Of a stretch of 64,000 nucleotides of DNA, positions 12,330 through 25,579 are shown piece after piece. The position numbers and the translations under genes are program-made. Under the pieces are notes generated by a model. The model worked only from the letters and a program-made list of their open reading frames with translations, made no database searches and was not told the DNA's origin. Each line of letters opens with the position of its first letter. Position 1 is the stretch's first letter. The DNA lies in assembly GCA_951406725.2 (NCBI GenBank), contig OX597815.1:1612001-1676000 (forward strand). Reading direction: 5' to 3'. The stretch is from Octopus vulgaris. Lineage: Eukaryota.

Positions 12330-14180
12330 TCAGTCTATTTGGCTTGGTTTTCTACGGCTGGATGCCCTTCCTGATGCCAACCACTCTGAGAGTGTATTGG
12401 GTGCTTTTGTGTGCCACCAGCATGGGTGCCATTTGTGTGACATCCAGCTGCATTTACGTGCCAATTTGTGTGACACCTGTATACTGCCACGACTGAGTTT
12501 TGCTTGGTTTGGTGGGTCTTCTTCTCAAGCACAACATAATGCCAAAAGTCTTGGTCATTACCTCCATGAGACCCAACTCTTGAAAGGAACTCAGCCACTT
12601 TGCCTCCATCAGGCCCAACATTCAAAAGATGTTCTTTACATGCCACCAGCATGGGTGCACTTGGCTTGATGGGTCCTCACAAGCACAGCACATTGCCAAA
12701 GGTCTCGGTCATCAGTCATTGCTTTTGTGAGGCTCAAAGATCATACTTCACCACCTCATCCCATATCTTGCTGGGTCTACCTCTGTCACAGGTTCCCTCC
12801 ACAATTAGAGATCTGCACTTCTTCACACAGCTGTCCTCATCTATACACATCACATGACCATACCAGTGCAGTTGTCTCTCTTGCACACCACATCTGATTC
12901 CTTTTATGCCTAACTTGATGCTTTTATGCCTAACTTGATGCTTACACTCTGTTAAACATACATGTCCAGCAAAGCATACTGGCTTCATTTCTTTCAAGCT
13001 TATGCATGTCCTCGGCTGCCACAGCCCATGTTTCACTGCCATGCAGCATAGCTGTTTGCATGTGGGTATCATACAATCTGTCTTACACTCTGAGGGAGAG
13101 GCCCTTTGTTGCCAGCAGGGGTAGGAGCTCTCTGAACTTTGCCCAGACTAATCTTATTCTCACAGCTACACTCTCAGAGCATCCACCTCCATTGCTAACC
13201 TGGTCACCTGAATAATGGAAGCTATCTACTACCTCTAGCTTACCCACCTGGCAGTTGATGGAGTCTATTTTCTGCGCATTTTCAGTGTTTATTGTACGTG
13301 TGTACCTTCCACATACAAAAGCTGGTTTCCGTGTTAACCTTCCTCGGATATTGCTGCACCTTTTATGTGTCCAAAGCTTACACTGGGTGCATCTTATGGA
13401 GTTTCTGCCAACACCTTTTCTACAGATTGAACAGAACCATCTACTTGAAGGGATTTGTGAGCTGTCTGCCTTCCTACTTACTACAACTTTGGTTTTTGCT
13501 AGGTTAACGCTAAGGCCCTTTGATTCTAGACCTTGCTTCCATACCTGGAACTTCTCTAGTTTTGGTAGTGATTCATTTATAAGAGCAAGGTCATCAGCAT
13601 AGAGGAGCTCCCAGGGGCAGCTTGAATTCCTCTGTTATTGCCTGGAGAACTATGATGAACAAGTGGTGGGGTTTGCACTGATCCTTGGTGAACCTCTACT
13701 TCTATCTTGAATTCTTCGCAGCACTTATTGCCTACCCTCACCTTACTGGTAGCAACTCTGTACAAGGCTTATATGGCTCTCACCAACCACTCATATATCC
13801 CTAGTTTCTGCATTGACCACCAGATAAGGGATTGGGGGACTCTATCAAAAGGCTTTCTCCAAGTCAACAAGGGCTAAGTCGAGAGGTTTATCTTTGGCTA
13901 TGTATTTTTCCTGCAGCTGCCTTTGCCAGAAATATAACATCAATGGTGCTTCTGTCTGGCACAAAACCAAACTGCATCTCATCTAGGCTAACTCTCTCCC
14001 TAATTAGTTGGGCTACGATCTCTGTAACTTTCATCACCTGATCCAATGATTTTATACCCCTGTAGTTATTTCTATCTAAAGCATCACCCCTTATAGCAGT
14101 TGACTATGGTGTTACTACTCCAGTCATAGAGTATGACTCCTTCATGAACTACCTGATTTACAATACGGGTGCCTCAGCAA
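12330..14180 (-). mobile_element. Degenerate RTE-clade LINE (RT and 3' end)
   Basis: Minus-strand RT motifs VHQGSV and LLYADDLALI (~13580-13700), plus C-terminal WYGHVM...GRPSKIWDEVVK (ORF 12734..13072). Many stops. Confidence 0.85.
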
Positions 14181-15045
14181 ATTGCATCTGACCCATGCAA
14201 GCATGGATCAGATAAAGTGGATGTTAAATGACTGATGATGATGATGAGTGTAATAACACATCTGTTCATCCATAACAGATTCTGGCAGAATCTGTTATGA
14301 ATGTCTGATTGCTGTTTTTTTAAGTCAGTAGAGAACATCTCCCTTCAGACACCTTTCATTCATAAGATGTAATTAACCATTGGAGGAGTTTTGAAATACC
14401 AAGATGTTTTGACCTTATTTTGTGTCTCCTCAGAATGAGCTTTTGTTTATAAGAATCAGCCATCATGCATGCTCCTCCCTGTAAATTACTGGTTTGCCAG
14501 ACATCAGCAAATGTTTTGTTTGCTGATTTCTATAAGCAAGAGCTCACCAGTTCAGTAAGTAGGGGGGGGGGCAACTTTGACTAAGGAGACATACAATAAG
14601 GCCGAAACACTGCAGGATTTCAAAGCCCTTTTATATCAATGGATTGTGCCTGTTATGGATGCTTAAAAGGGAGGAGATGTTCTCTGATGAGGAAAAATCA
14701 CAGCAATCAACATGTTTGCACTGGAACCTGTCCAGACCTATTGAAAATAAATAGATGCATCATTGTTTGGAGTTTGGCTGTTGTGTACCCAAGTCAAAAT
14801 TGTTAGAAGTGAATATGATCATGTCTATTGGTTAATATGACAAGCACTATGAAGGTGGTTAGCTGGCAGAATTGTTAGCACACTGGGCAAAAAGCTTAGC
14901 AGCATTTTGTCTGTCTTCATGTTCTGAGTTCAAATTCAGTCGAGGTTGACTTGGCCTTTTGTCTTTTTGGGCTCGATATTATCAACTTACATCTTCCCTT
15001 TAAAATTACTGGCTGGTGCCAAAATTTGAAAACAGTATGACAATA

Positions 15046-16304
15046 TAGGGGTTGGACAAAATAATGGAAACACCTTAAAATTTCAAACAAGTTTATTTTA
15101 ATATGGGGTAGGACTATCTTTGGCAGTAATTACAGCTTTAATTCTATGAGGTATGGGCTCGTACAAAGTTTGAATTGTTTCTAAAGAAATTTTTGTCCAT
15201 TCTTCAGCTAAAACCGTCTCAAGTTCTTGTAGTGATGATGGCGGAGGATATCGACTCCTTACCTGTTTTTCTAAAATGTACCATAAATGTTCAATAATAT
15301 TGAGATTTGGGGACTGTGGTGGCCAGATAAGATGTTCAGCTTTAGCAGAATGTTCCTTTGTGCCATTCTGTAACAACTTTAGCTGTGTGAATTGGTGCAT
15401 TATCATCCTGAAAGATTGCGTTTCCCTCTGGAAGCAGTTTCGCAACCATAGGAGGAATTTGATCTGATAAAATTCTTGACTATTAATTATTCCATGAAAG
15501 GAAACCATTGGGCCAGTGGATTTTCAAGATATAGCCTCTCCAGATCATAGATCCTCCTCCATATTTAACAGTTGGAAGAAGGTAGTCTGGGTCAAATGCT
15601 TCTTTTGGCTGTCTCCACACATATACTCGGCTGGTGGTTGGAAACAAGGTAAAGGATGACTTGTCCAAGAAAATGACATTCTTCCACTGCTCTAGGGACC
15701 AATTCTGTAGGCTTTTGCTCCATTCTGAAAGCTTTGTGACGTTTGTATTTGAAAGTAGTGGTTTTCTGAATGCAGTCCTCCTGTGAAATCTGGCTTTGTG
15801 CAGCTCCCAGTGAACAGTTTTTATGGAAACTGGGTTTTCAAGGTGGTCATTAAGCTCTGCAGCAATTTTGGAAGCTGTACTTTTGTGATCCTTTCTAATA
15901 ATTTGCATAAGAGTGTGATGGTCCCTATCTGAAAGTTTTGGTTTTCTTCCGGAGTTTTGTTCCGACGAGGTTTTTCCCTCTTCCTCAAAGGCTGTCATTA
16001 CTTTCGAGACAGTACTTCTTGATACACCAAACATTTCGGCTGTTTCCGTTACGCTAGCGCCTGCCATACAAGCACCAACAATTTGACCTCTTTGAAAGTC
16101 TGATAGATCTGTCATTTTAATGAATTTTAATTACCTTTTTCTGATGATACCTGAAAAGAAACAGCAATTTTAGCCAAACATATTAAGCAACACTAATAAT
16201 AAATCAAAAAACATAAAAATAAACAAGCTTTTGATGGTTTTACAGATATTCCAAAATTATGATTCTATGATGCCAGGTGTTGACATCATTTTGTCCAACC
16301 CCTG
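15046..16304 (-). mobile_element. Full-length Tc1 (DD34E) transposon with frameshifted transposase
   Basis: TIRs (C/T)AGGGGTTGGACAAAAT..ACACCT at both ends, TA flanks at 15044-45 and 16305-06. ORF 15483..16115 (HTH, GRKPKLS, VIFLDKS, TVKYGGGS) and ORF 15098..15508 (WPPQSPNLNIIEHLW). Confidence 0.95.
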
Positions 16305-16659
16305 TATATTACACTTGTTCAGTCAATATTCATCATCATCATCATCATTTAACGTCTCATAACCATTTAACCATTATTTATAGATAAACCCTGTTTACTC
16401 ATATAATTCCTACTATTTTATACATGATTTTGAATTGCAAAAACTGGGGGGTGACTTAAACATGGGGCTAAGCTAAAACTGGGGATTGTGACGAATAGTT
16501 TTGTTTTGTTGTTTCTCTTTCTATTTTGATCTTTTTTTCTTTTCTATTTTATTCAGTGTCCAACGATGAAATATTTTCCTACCTGTCCTGCATTGTTGTA
16601 ACATTTACCTGACGTTGCTTTTCAAAGAGAATTTGATGAAGTAATTCTTTCTGGAAACT

Positions 16660-17053
16660 ATGCCTCGAGTTAAAAAAAAATCAGTCGAATATGGAAATCG
16701 CAAAAGAAGGAAACTAGCAGCTACAAAGCGCAGCACCCTCTACTGTTCATCGCCGGTGGATGAGCGACAGTTTGTGCAGATGCAGTCGATGGAGAATCAC
16801 TTTCAGTTAACAGTAACGCCTACACCGTCACCGCCGCCACCACCACCAGTACCACCACCACCTCCACTACAGCCATCACAACTTCAACCACCACGACCAA
16901 CACCACAGCCAACACCACCACCACGACCACCACCACCAACAACAACAACTACAACAACAATAAAAGCCCGTTATTCACCCGTGTTGTTGCCCAAGTCTTG
17001 TCCAGTTGAGGTTCAAACGGAAGAGAAATGTTTAGACCCCTTAAAAATGGAAG
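16660..17053 (+). CDS. Coding exon 1 of a 4-exon gene encoding a 1433-aa putative LRIF1-like chromatin protein
   Basis: ATG at 16660 with in-frame upstream TAA (16642-16644). Polypyrimidine tract and CAG acceptor at 16554-16556 (5'UTR part 16557-16659). Basic NLS-like N-terminus (RVKKK, RKRRK) and Pro/Thr-rich tract. Donor G|GTCAGT at 17053/17054, phase 1. Confidence 0.8.
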
Positions 17054-17800
17054 GTCAGTTACACAGCATCTCTCTCGTTTCCTTCACTTTTATTCATCAC
17101 TTATTTGAAATTCCTTTTTAAATTCTGTTTACCATTGTATGTATTTCTCTCTCTCTCTCTCTTTCTCTTGAGACAGCATTCACCCGGGGTGGGTTGAGCT
17201 GGTGGATCTACCAAGCCCTAGTGCGAACGATTCTCCTTTACGGCAGCGAGTCATGACCAATGAGGGTGGAAGATATTAAGTGACTAGAATCCTTCAAACA
17301 TTCCCCTCTCTTTCGTACCTTTGCTTTTTCTTTCTCCCTCCCTTTTCCATGTCTGCTTCCTGCCTGTCCCTCTCATTCTAATACTAATCATTTGACAGTG
17401 TGTACTGTCTTTAACCATGGCACCAGCATCAGAGGGGTGGTTGTGCCAGCGAGAACACTAAACAGCCCTCTTCATTGTAAGGGGCTCTTGTATCTTCTAC
17501 TCAGCATCTTAGGAATTATCATTTCGATCCCAAATACTTCTGTACAACAAACAGTTATTAAATCTGATAATATTGGTTTCAGATTTTGGCACAAGGCCGG
17601 CAATTTCAGAGAGGAATAAATCAATTACATTGACTCCCAATACGCAACTGATATTTACTTTATTGACCCTGAAAGAATGAAAGACTAAGTCGACCTCATT
17701 GGAATTTGAACTCTGAACATAAAGGTAGATGAAATACTGGCAAGCATTTTGTCTGGAATGCTAATGATTCTACCACTACAACAACAACAACAACAACAAT

Positions 17801-18237
17801 AAATGCCCTGATGCAGTACCAGGCAGTGGCTCTCATGGCTTCTGATCTTAGCTGATTGGAAGTGTTATCATGTACATTGTTTTGTCTTGGTATAAAAGAT
17901 GGGCTACAGCAAATATTCTGCTCAATACCACAGATTTGCTTGTCAGTTGTTTGACCGTAACCATTTGAGCATGTCCCTCGGTGACTGATGATATGTGCAT
18001 CTCTGATCACGAGCAGAAGTGGTGGGGGAGCATCATAGCCATGTGTTGAGAGGGATTCTTTGGAGTTTGAATAATTTATCCCTCGAAATCTGGGTGTTTC
18101 ATTCATCATCCTGAAACAAACCTTATTCAGGGACCTTTTGTGAGGGATTAGCTACTTGACCTGAAGAAAATTCTGACTGGACCCCACCTGCAAGTTCATG
18201 CGTTGTTTATCTTGATATGGGATCACCATGTCATGCC
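17801..18237 (+). mobile_element. Partial copy of the (TAA)n-associated ~560-bp non-coding retroposon (family D)
   Basis: Matches 55329-55887. Another partial, inverted copy at 7609-7967. Confidence 0.75.
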
Positions 18238-19089
18238 TGGTGTACTCTTATCTAATGGGTATAGTCATCATCATCATCATCATTTAACGTCCGTTGTCCA
18301 TGCTGGCATGGGTTGGACGGTTTGACCAGGGCTGGTAAGCGAAGGGGCAGCACTAGACTCCAGTCTGTTTTGGCATGGTTTCTAATGCCAACCACTTTGA
18401 GAGTGTAATGGGTGCTTTTACACGTCACTGGCACAGGGGCCACTTGCATGACGCCAATATTTACCACAACTATGATTTTGCTCAGCTTTATAGATTTTCT
18501 CAATCATGGCATAATGCCAGAGGTCTCGGTCATCATCTTTGCCTCCATGAGGCCCAGCACTTGAAAGGTGTTTTGCACATGCCACCAGCATCAGCCACTT
18601 TGCCTCCACGAGGCCCAGCACTTGAAAGGTGCTTTTTATGTGGCACAGGTGCCAGTTATGTGACACCAGCATCAGCCATGACCACGATTTCACTTGGCTT
18701 GACCAGTCTTCTCAAGCACAGCATATTACCAAGGGTTTCAGTCACTAGTCATTCCTTCCATGAGGCCAAATGTTCAAAGATCATGCTTCACCACCTTGTC
18801 CCACGTCTTCCTGGGCCTAATTCTACCACAAATTCCCTCCACAGAGATCAGCACTTCTTTACACAGCTGTCCTGGGCTTTGTTTGTTTGTACCTTAGCAT
18901 CACTTTGATGGTGTGTGCTGCTCTCTCAATAATAATAATAATAAGAAGAAGAAGAAGAAGAAGAAGAATGAAAACATGTTAGACATGACCTGGACCAATC
19001 TTTGGTCGAAACATATCTAAGTTACCATTCTAACTGCCATTGACTGCTAACCTCTCATACAAAAATATACTCACCTCTACCTTCAGAAC

Positions 19090-19420
19090 CATCATAAATA
19101 TTAACTCAGAGGTTACAATCTGTCATGTTATAAACCTATGTCATGTGGACATGAACTGGTCTTCCAGGATCTGTAGTTTCATGCATGGAGTACCTCAAAG
19201 ATCATGCATGGAGTACCTCTCACCCATTCTCTTCTCAACTTATACTCACATGGCACCATCACACAAGGTATATGGACAACTGCATATGCAGATGGCACCA
19301 GATTTACATCCTCTCATCTTTACACGCTGCTACACAACTGTTTCAACTTTATATAACCAACCATCACACACACAGAAGATACTAGAAGTCAAGAGTTACC
19401 TGCTACTCCTCCACAATACT
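19090..19420 (+). pseudogene. Highly decayed Penelope-like RT remnant
   Basis: ORF 19185..19385 MEYLK...WHHHTRYMDNCICRW resembles the PLE RT pattern ME.LE...W.RYVDD.F..W. Confidence 0.4.
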
Positions 19421-20981
19421 CACAACACATCATCATCATTTATCGTCATCCATTTTCCATGCTGGCATGGGTTGGATAGTTTGACAGGAATTGGCAAGCC
19501 AGAGAGCAGGTTCCATTGCCTGTTTTGGTATGGTCTGTATGACCTTCCTGACACCAACCATTTTACAGAGTGTACTGGGTGCTTTTTACGTGGAACCATC
19601 ATCAGTGCTTTTTATGTGGCACCATCACGAGTACTTTCTGCATGGTCCCCACACAGAGGCCCCAAGGTAAACAACATACCTAGGCCAGTGTTCACAGTTG
19701 CTACATGGAAACAGCATCAGTGAGAGTGTTATACAAACAATACTTTAGGTCCATCATGGACTCTGCCAGTGCTACCTGGACCCCCTAATCTGCCTGCAGT
19801 AAACTACAAACAACTCAAAAAGAGGAACCTTACACATCGTAACCATTTGTACAGACTGCAATAAAATCAAACTGCTATAAACAAATGTGTGTTTGTTTGT
19901 TTGCGTCCTGATGGCACTGTTTAAGGAATGGTGTTTTTATGTCTCCTGTAAACAATATGTTCTGTAGCTTGGATGCCTTTGTGATTTTTTTTGTGAAAAC
20001 TGCTGGAATTAGAAACAAAATACCTTACTTGGAAAAAGCAGCTTGCCAACAGGAAAGTCTTCTCTGACTGTGAAACCATGCTTCAGTAAGTCTCACCAAA
20101 GCCATAAACCCAACCAACAATGAAAAAACTGGACTAGAAACGCTGATGATTATTTTATATAAGATTGACTAAAGTTACTGGGGCTGTGGATAAGAAAGGT
20201 TTATTAAAAATCAATCATCATCGTTTAACGTCCGCTTTCCATGCTAGCATGGGTTGGACGGTTCGACTGGGGTCTGGGAAGCCAGGAGGCTGCACCAGGC
20301 CCAGTCTGATCTGGCAGTGTTTCTACAGCTGGATGCTCTTCCTAACGCCAACCACTCCATGAGTGTAGTGGGTGCTTTTTATGTGCCACTGGCACAGGTG
20401 CCAGGGGAGGCTGGCAACAGCCACGATCGGTTGGTGCTTTTTACGTGCCACCGGCACAGAGGCCAGTTGGGGCTGCGCTGGCAACGGCCCCGTTTGGATG
20501 GTTCTTTTATGTGCCACTGGCACTGGTATCGCAGCTACAATTTCCATTGATTTTTGATCGATTTCGATTTCCCTTGCCTCAACAGGTCTTCACAAGCAGA
20601 GTTTTGTGTCCCAAGAAGGAAAGGTATGCATAAGTGGACTGGCTACATCCCAGGTAGAGGCCACGGGTTATGGTCTCATTTGTCCTGCCGGGTCTTCTCA
20701 TGCACAGCATACTTCCAAAGGTCTCGGACACTAGTCATTGCCTCGGTGAGACCTAATGTTCAAAGGTCGTGCGTTTAATATCTGCTTTGGGTTGGACAGT
20801 TTCACTGGAGCTGGCAAGGGTGGAGGGCTGCACCAGGCTCCTTTTGTCTGTTTTGGAATGGTTTCTATGGTTGGATGCCCTTTGCAGTACCAACCACTTT
20901 ATAGAGTGGACTCTGTGTTTTTAATATCTAATAATATTGATTAGCATTGCTCATTCTCTCTTTTTCCTTTATTTCCAACAG

Positions 20982-21083
20982 ATTCAAAGACAGAATTGAA
21001 ATATTCTACCTTCCCAGAAGCTCTCAAAGACGAGTCACTGAGCGAGGTGCAGAGATCTGAGTTACGTCGTAAATATTTCTCAG
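20982..21083 (+). CDS. Coding exon 2 (102 nt, phase 1-1): DSKTELKYSTFPEALKDESLSEVQRSELRRKYFS
   Basis: Acceptor TTTTTCCTTTATTTCCAACAG ends at 20981. Donor CAG|GTACAT. Open in the frame required by exon 1. Confidence 0.75.
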
Positions 21084-21107
21084 GTACATAACATTTTATT
21101 GGATGTT

Positions 21108-21375
21108 TTTACCATTCTATATCTGCTACATGTTATTAATCAATGTCTTTACCATTCTATATCTGCTACATGTTATTAGCAATGTTTTTAACCATTCTAT
21201 ATCTGCTACATGTTATTGGCAAAGTCTTTACCATTCTATATCTGCTACATGTTATTAACAATGTCTACCATTCTATATCTGCTACATGTTATTAGCAATG
21301 TCTTTACCATTCTATATCTGCTACATGTTATTAGCAATGTTGTTACCATTCTGTATCTGCTACATGTTATTAGCA
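21108..21375. repeat. ~39-bp minisatellite, about 7 copies (ACCATTCTATATCTGCTACATGTTATTAGCAATGTCTTT)
   Basis: Unit starts at 21111, 21151, 21192, 21230, 21267, 21306 and 21345. Confidence 0.95.
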
Positions 21376-22107
21376 GCCACACAATTGTCAATAACCACTT
21401 TAGCCCTTTATCATTTAAACTGACCATATCTGGCCTAAATATTCTATTTGTTTTATGTTGAAACTAGCCAGATCCATCCTCTCACACTTACCCTACAATG
21501 TCATTTTTAAAATAAACAGTCACATCGTTGAAATCTGAAAGCTATGAGATAATCCAGGATTAATTCATGACAATGTGAATCAATAAGCATTACATTTGGC
21601 AGAGTAATCCGGATGCTCAAAGTCAAACTTTTACACTCCCCCCCTCTCTCTCTCCCACCCCCTGCTACTTTCTGCAGTACCTTATTTCTAACCTGTGTTG
21701 GTGATTGAATGTATTGTGCCTTCAATAAAATGTCCTGAGCTTATTCATTCCATGTCTTGCTGTGGTCAGCTTTGCCTTTCAACCTTCAAAGGTCAATAAA
21801 ATAAGGGGCTTGTCTAGTTCTAGTGTGAATTTAATTGAACTCTCTCCATCTACACAAAATTCCTCACTTTGTGCCAATATTAAAACTAATTATCATTTCC
21901 ATTCATGACCTTCCACCCTCCCAAAGACAGTTTCTAACATCTAACCCTATTGCACTGAGTCCTTGCTTTTGCAACAATAGCATGAACGGAATCTCTACCA
22001 GATTCCCAGTAAAGTGGTAATGGACAACACACAGAAAATTATCATTGTCGTTGTTTAACGTCCGCTTTCCATGCTAGAATGGGTTGGACAAAATAAAAGC
22101 TATCGCC

Positions 22108-22170
22108 TGAGTCGGCCAGGAGTTGAACCCGGATCGACTGCTTGGAAGGCAATCCTGCTAACCGTTACAC
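22108..22170 (-). pseudogene. 5'-truncated tRNA-Gly(TCC) pseudogene
   Basis: Minus strand GTGTAACGGTTAGCAGGATTGCCTTCCAAGCAGTCGATCCGGGTTCAACTCCTGGCCGACTCA resembles metazoan tRNA-Gly(TCC). Anticodon at 22144-22146. The 5' acceptor strand is missing; a TTTT run follows downstream. Confidence 0.75.
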
Positions 22171-22569
22171 GGTTGCCTTCCAAGCAGTCGATCCGAGTAC
22201 CAAAACACAGACAACTGATCCACGTTGCAGCAGCAGCTTTGGAACCAAGTGTGTTTTATGGTTTCTTGTTAATGGTGTCTCTCACCAACGCTGTTGTTTG
22301 CTTTTGTTTTTAATGAAAAAACAAATGATTTTGCAATGAAACAAGTGTGTGATGAACCCAGCCCTTCATCTTGTAAACATGCAGGGCCATGACTTTTTGC
22401 AGTTGAGAGAATTATTGATGATGTTTATTCTTGGGACGAAGAGTTCACCCTTACACAGACAATGAGAGTGATTTGGACAATCCCACTGGTGAAAGTAATG
22501 AGGAAAGTAGCGATTCGGATGGACAAATACAGGAGTTGAGGAGAGATTGGCCTTTTATTCAGTTGTCCT

Positions 22570-22800
22570 GTTTACTCTTTTTACTCTTTTACTTGTTTCA
22601 GTCATTTGACTGTGGCCATGCTGAAGCACCACCTTTAGTCGAGCAAATCGACCCCAGGATTTATTCTTTGTAAGCCTAGTACTTATTCTATCGGTCTCTT
22701 TTGCTGAACTGCTAAGTTATGGGGACGTAAACACACGAGCATCCGTTGTCAAGCGATGTTGGGGCGACAAACACAGACACACAAACATATACACACACAG

Positions 22801-22856
<56 letters not shown>

Positions 22857-23017
22857 GACGGGCTTCTTTCAGTTTCTGTCTACCAAATCTACTCACAAGA
22901 CTTTGGTCAGCCCGAGGCTATAGTAGAAGACACTTGCCCAAGGTGCCATGCAGTGGGACTGAACCCGGAACCATGTGGTTGGTAAACAAACTACTTACCA
23001 CACAACCACTCCTGCTC
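22570..23017 (-). mobile_element. tRNA-derived SINE family A, full length
   Basis: Head GGAGTGG(C/T)TGTGTGGTAAG..GGTTCAGTCCC, central (TA)n and tail GGTGCTCCAGCATGGCC..GAAACAAGTAAAAGAG. Many copies in the window. Confidence 0.85.
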
Positions 23018-23285
23018 CTGAATGGTTTTTTTCTTGTGATTCTGTCCATTAGTTTTGCTTGCTATTGTTACTCTTGGGCTGTGTATGCAACTATTTATTA
23101 TTTTGTTTTTGCTCAGGAGCCCAGATGAAGGGTAAAGCTAGAAACAGGGGCCCAGAGCTGAGAGGATTAACATGTCACTCTCTCACTATTATTTCCTATG
23201 AGTGGAATTCAACTCTGCTAGTCATCAGGACACCAGTTTTACCGCACCAGCACCTACCATCTTGGGGTAACTACTTACAACCAGG

Positions 23286-23517
23286 AAAGGCGGTGAGCTG
23301 GCAGAAACGTTAGCACACCGGGCGAAATGCGTAGCTGTATTTCGTCTGTCGTTACGTTCTGAGTTCAAATTCCGCCGAGGTCGACTTTGCCTTTCATCCT
23401 TTTGGGGTCGATTAATTAAGTACCAGTTACGCACTGGGGTCAATGTAATCGACTTTATCCCTTTGCCTGTCCTTGTTTGTCCCCTCTGTGTTTAGCCCCT
23501 TGTGGGCAGTAAAGAAA
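23286..23517 (+). mobile_element. SINE family B with 18-bp target-site duplication
   Basis: TAACTACTTACAACCAGG at 23268-23285 and 23518-23535. Head GGCGGTGAGCTGGCAGAAACGTTAGC..GAGTTCAAATTCC. Confidence 0.9.
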
Positions 23518-23837
23518 TAACTACTTACAACCAGGTGAACTTGGCTGCTGATATTGTCCTTTCTTTTAACTGACCCTTCTCAGTAAAAATTAATTACAAT
23601 GCTGGACTAATTAATCACTGCTACTTTGTTACATCCCTTTAAGTTCTTAGTTCAAATCTTGCTTGGTTAAACTTGATTGCTAAAAAATTGCCAGGTACAA
23701 TTTTGCCAAGACCCCCCCCACACACACACACACACGTTCACGTTTCCTGTGTACCAAAGTTAGAAATCAATCAATCAGTAAAAATTAATGTTGTAACTAA
23801 TCAAGGTGGCTGATTGCTTTGTGTCCGTTTCTTCCAG

Positions 23838-23997
23838 ATTTACTCTCCAGGTGTGTTATTACTGCTGATAAAGCTGCTGCTGCTGTGATGGCTGTCAGGT
23901 GTGATTCTGTGTCTAAAAAACCCACAGCCGTTCGCAAACCAAGGGTACCAAGGAAACCAAAAGTCGAGAAAGTAAACAAACAGAAAGTTTATGCAGC
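23838..23997 (+). CDS. Coding exon 3 (160 nt, phase 1-2): DLLSRCVITADKAAAAVMAVRCDSVSKKPTAVRKPRVPRKPKVEKVNKQKVYA
   Basis: Acceptor GTCCGTTTCTTCCAG ends at 23837. Canonical donor GC|GTAAGT. Same frame as ORF 23819..24001. Confidence 0.8.
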
Positions 23998-25295
23998 GTA
24001 AGTCTTTATGAATTGCTTGTATTTGAGGGTGGATTGCCCAGGGTGGGTTGTGTCCTTATGATTATTATATCGTTACCCGTTCATGTTTGCAGAGGAAACA
24101 CCAGTGGTACTTTAGAATTGGTTTTTACAGCCAGATGCCCTTCCTAATACCAACCACTTTACAGGGAGTGTTGGGCCCTCCTTTCATGCCACCAGCACTA
24201 GTGAGGTTGTCATGCAGCAGCTTGCACGACTTTCCAACAAAGGTGGCTTTATGTTAGGAAATGAGGGGTCGTAGTGTGATAGAAGGGGCCAGAGCAGAAC
24301 AGGTTTCTTACAGGGGAGAGGCCAAATGGTTACTCATACTTTAGAAGGGAAGGTGGTGGGGTGACAGATTAGGGTGGAGTGGGGGAAGAGATGCAAAAAG
24401 TAGGGATGAAGCATCTGTGTGGAGGAGTGAACGGAGGCAGAAGAACTGGGGTTGTGGATGGGTTGAGGTTGCAAGAGTGTCTGAGAGGAGTGGGAGATGG
24501 GGGAATGGGTGACGGAGGTGAATGTAATGAATGTTGAGGGAAGAGTCTGTGATAACTGTAAACAATTTCTAGTATATATATACAAGTATGGAAATCAGAT
24601 GCTGAATGATGTTGGTGATTCCACCATATTATCTAGGGTGTGTTTGTATGGTATATATATATACAAAATATGGGGGTTTAGTTCACAGGTGATCTAAACG
24701 GCTAGGTACGCTAGGTAAGTGCTGTAACGGATTACTAGGGCTCCAAGGTTATAGCTGAGATGGTAGTTATGGAGCCATTGCAGATTTCGGATGCAGCGGT
24801 GTATATCATCATCATCGTTTAACGTCCATTTTCCATGCTGGCCTGGGTTGGACAGTTTGACCGGGGTCTGGGAAGCCAGGAGGCTGCACCAGGCTCCAGT
24901 CTGATCTGGCAGTGTTTATACAGCTGGATGCCCTTCCTACACTTTGAGAGTGTAGTGGGTGCTCTTTATGTGCCACCGGCACAGAGGCTAGATGAGTTGG
25001 AATCGACCACGATCGGATAATGCTTTTTACGTGCTACCAGAATGGGGGGGGGTCACAACTACAACTTCCATTTGATTTGATATTGATATTGATGTTGATG
25101 TACTTGACCCAGTAGGTCTCCTCAAGCACGGCATGTCGCCCTACGATCCAAGATACTTTTGACTGGGCTGGTTATGCGACACTGGTGTAGGTTACAGCTG
25201 TGAACTCACTTTATTTGCCGAATTTTCTCAGTCACAGCATACCTCCAGAGGTCTCGGCTTTTTGTCATTGCCTCTGTGAGGCCCAACGTACAAAG

Positions 25296-25342
<47 letters not shown>

Positions 25343-25579
25343 TAAACAAATAAGAAACTGGAGAAACAAATTTGGTTTGTTCATCAACTTATGGATAATA
25401 TAATGTTGAATTATTTTATTCATTTTACAAATGAGAACATCAAAAGCATACAAAAATATTACGAAAATCAATAGATAAGATAATAATAATAATACAAATA
25501 CAGATTTTAGAAGTCATAGTATAAATTAATGAAATTCTAAATATTACTTCTTACAGCTGTTTCGAGAAAAAGGAGGCAG

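Noticed and set aside
17054-17121. 3' end of ORF 16660..17121
   Set aside because: Read-through past the GTCAGT donor into pyrimidine-rich intron sequence.
18375-19723. 177-aa and 227-aa ORFs
   Set aside because: They run through SINE, RTE and PLE remnants, with no coherent domain or splice support.
22403-22540. Acidic exon-like segment (VERIIDDVYSWDEE / DNESDLDNP..SSDSD) inside intron 2
   Set aside because: The nearby GT donors I checked give phase 0, incompatible with exon 3, and the acidic parts are in different frames. More likely a decayed transposase N-terminus.
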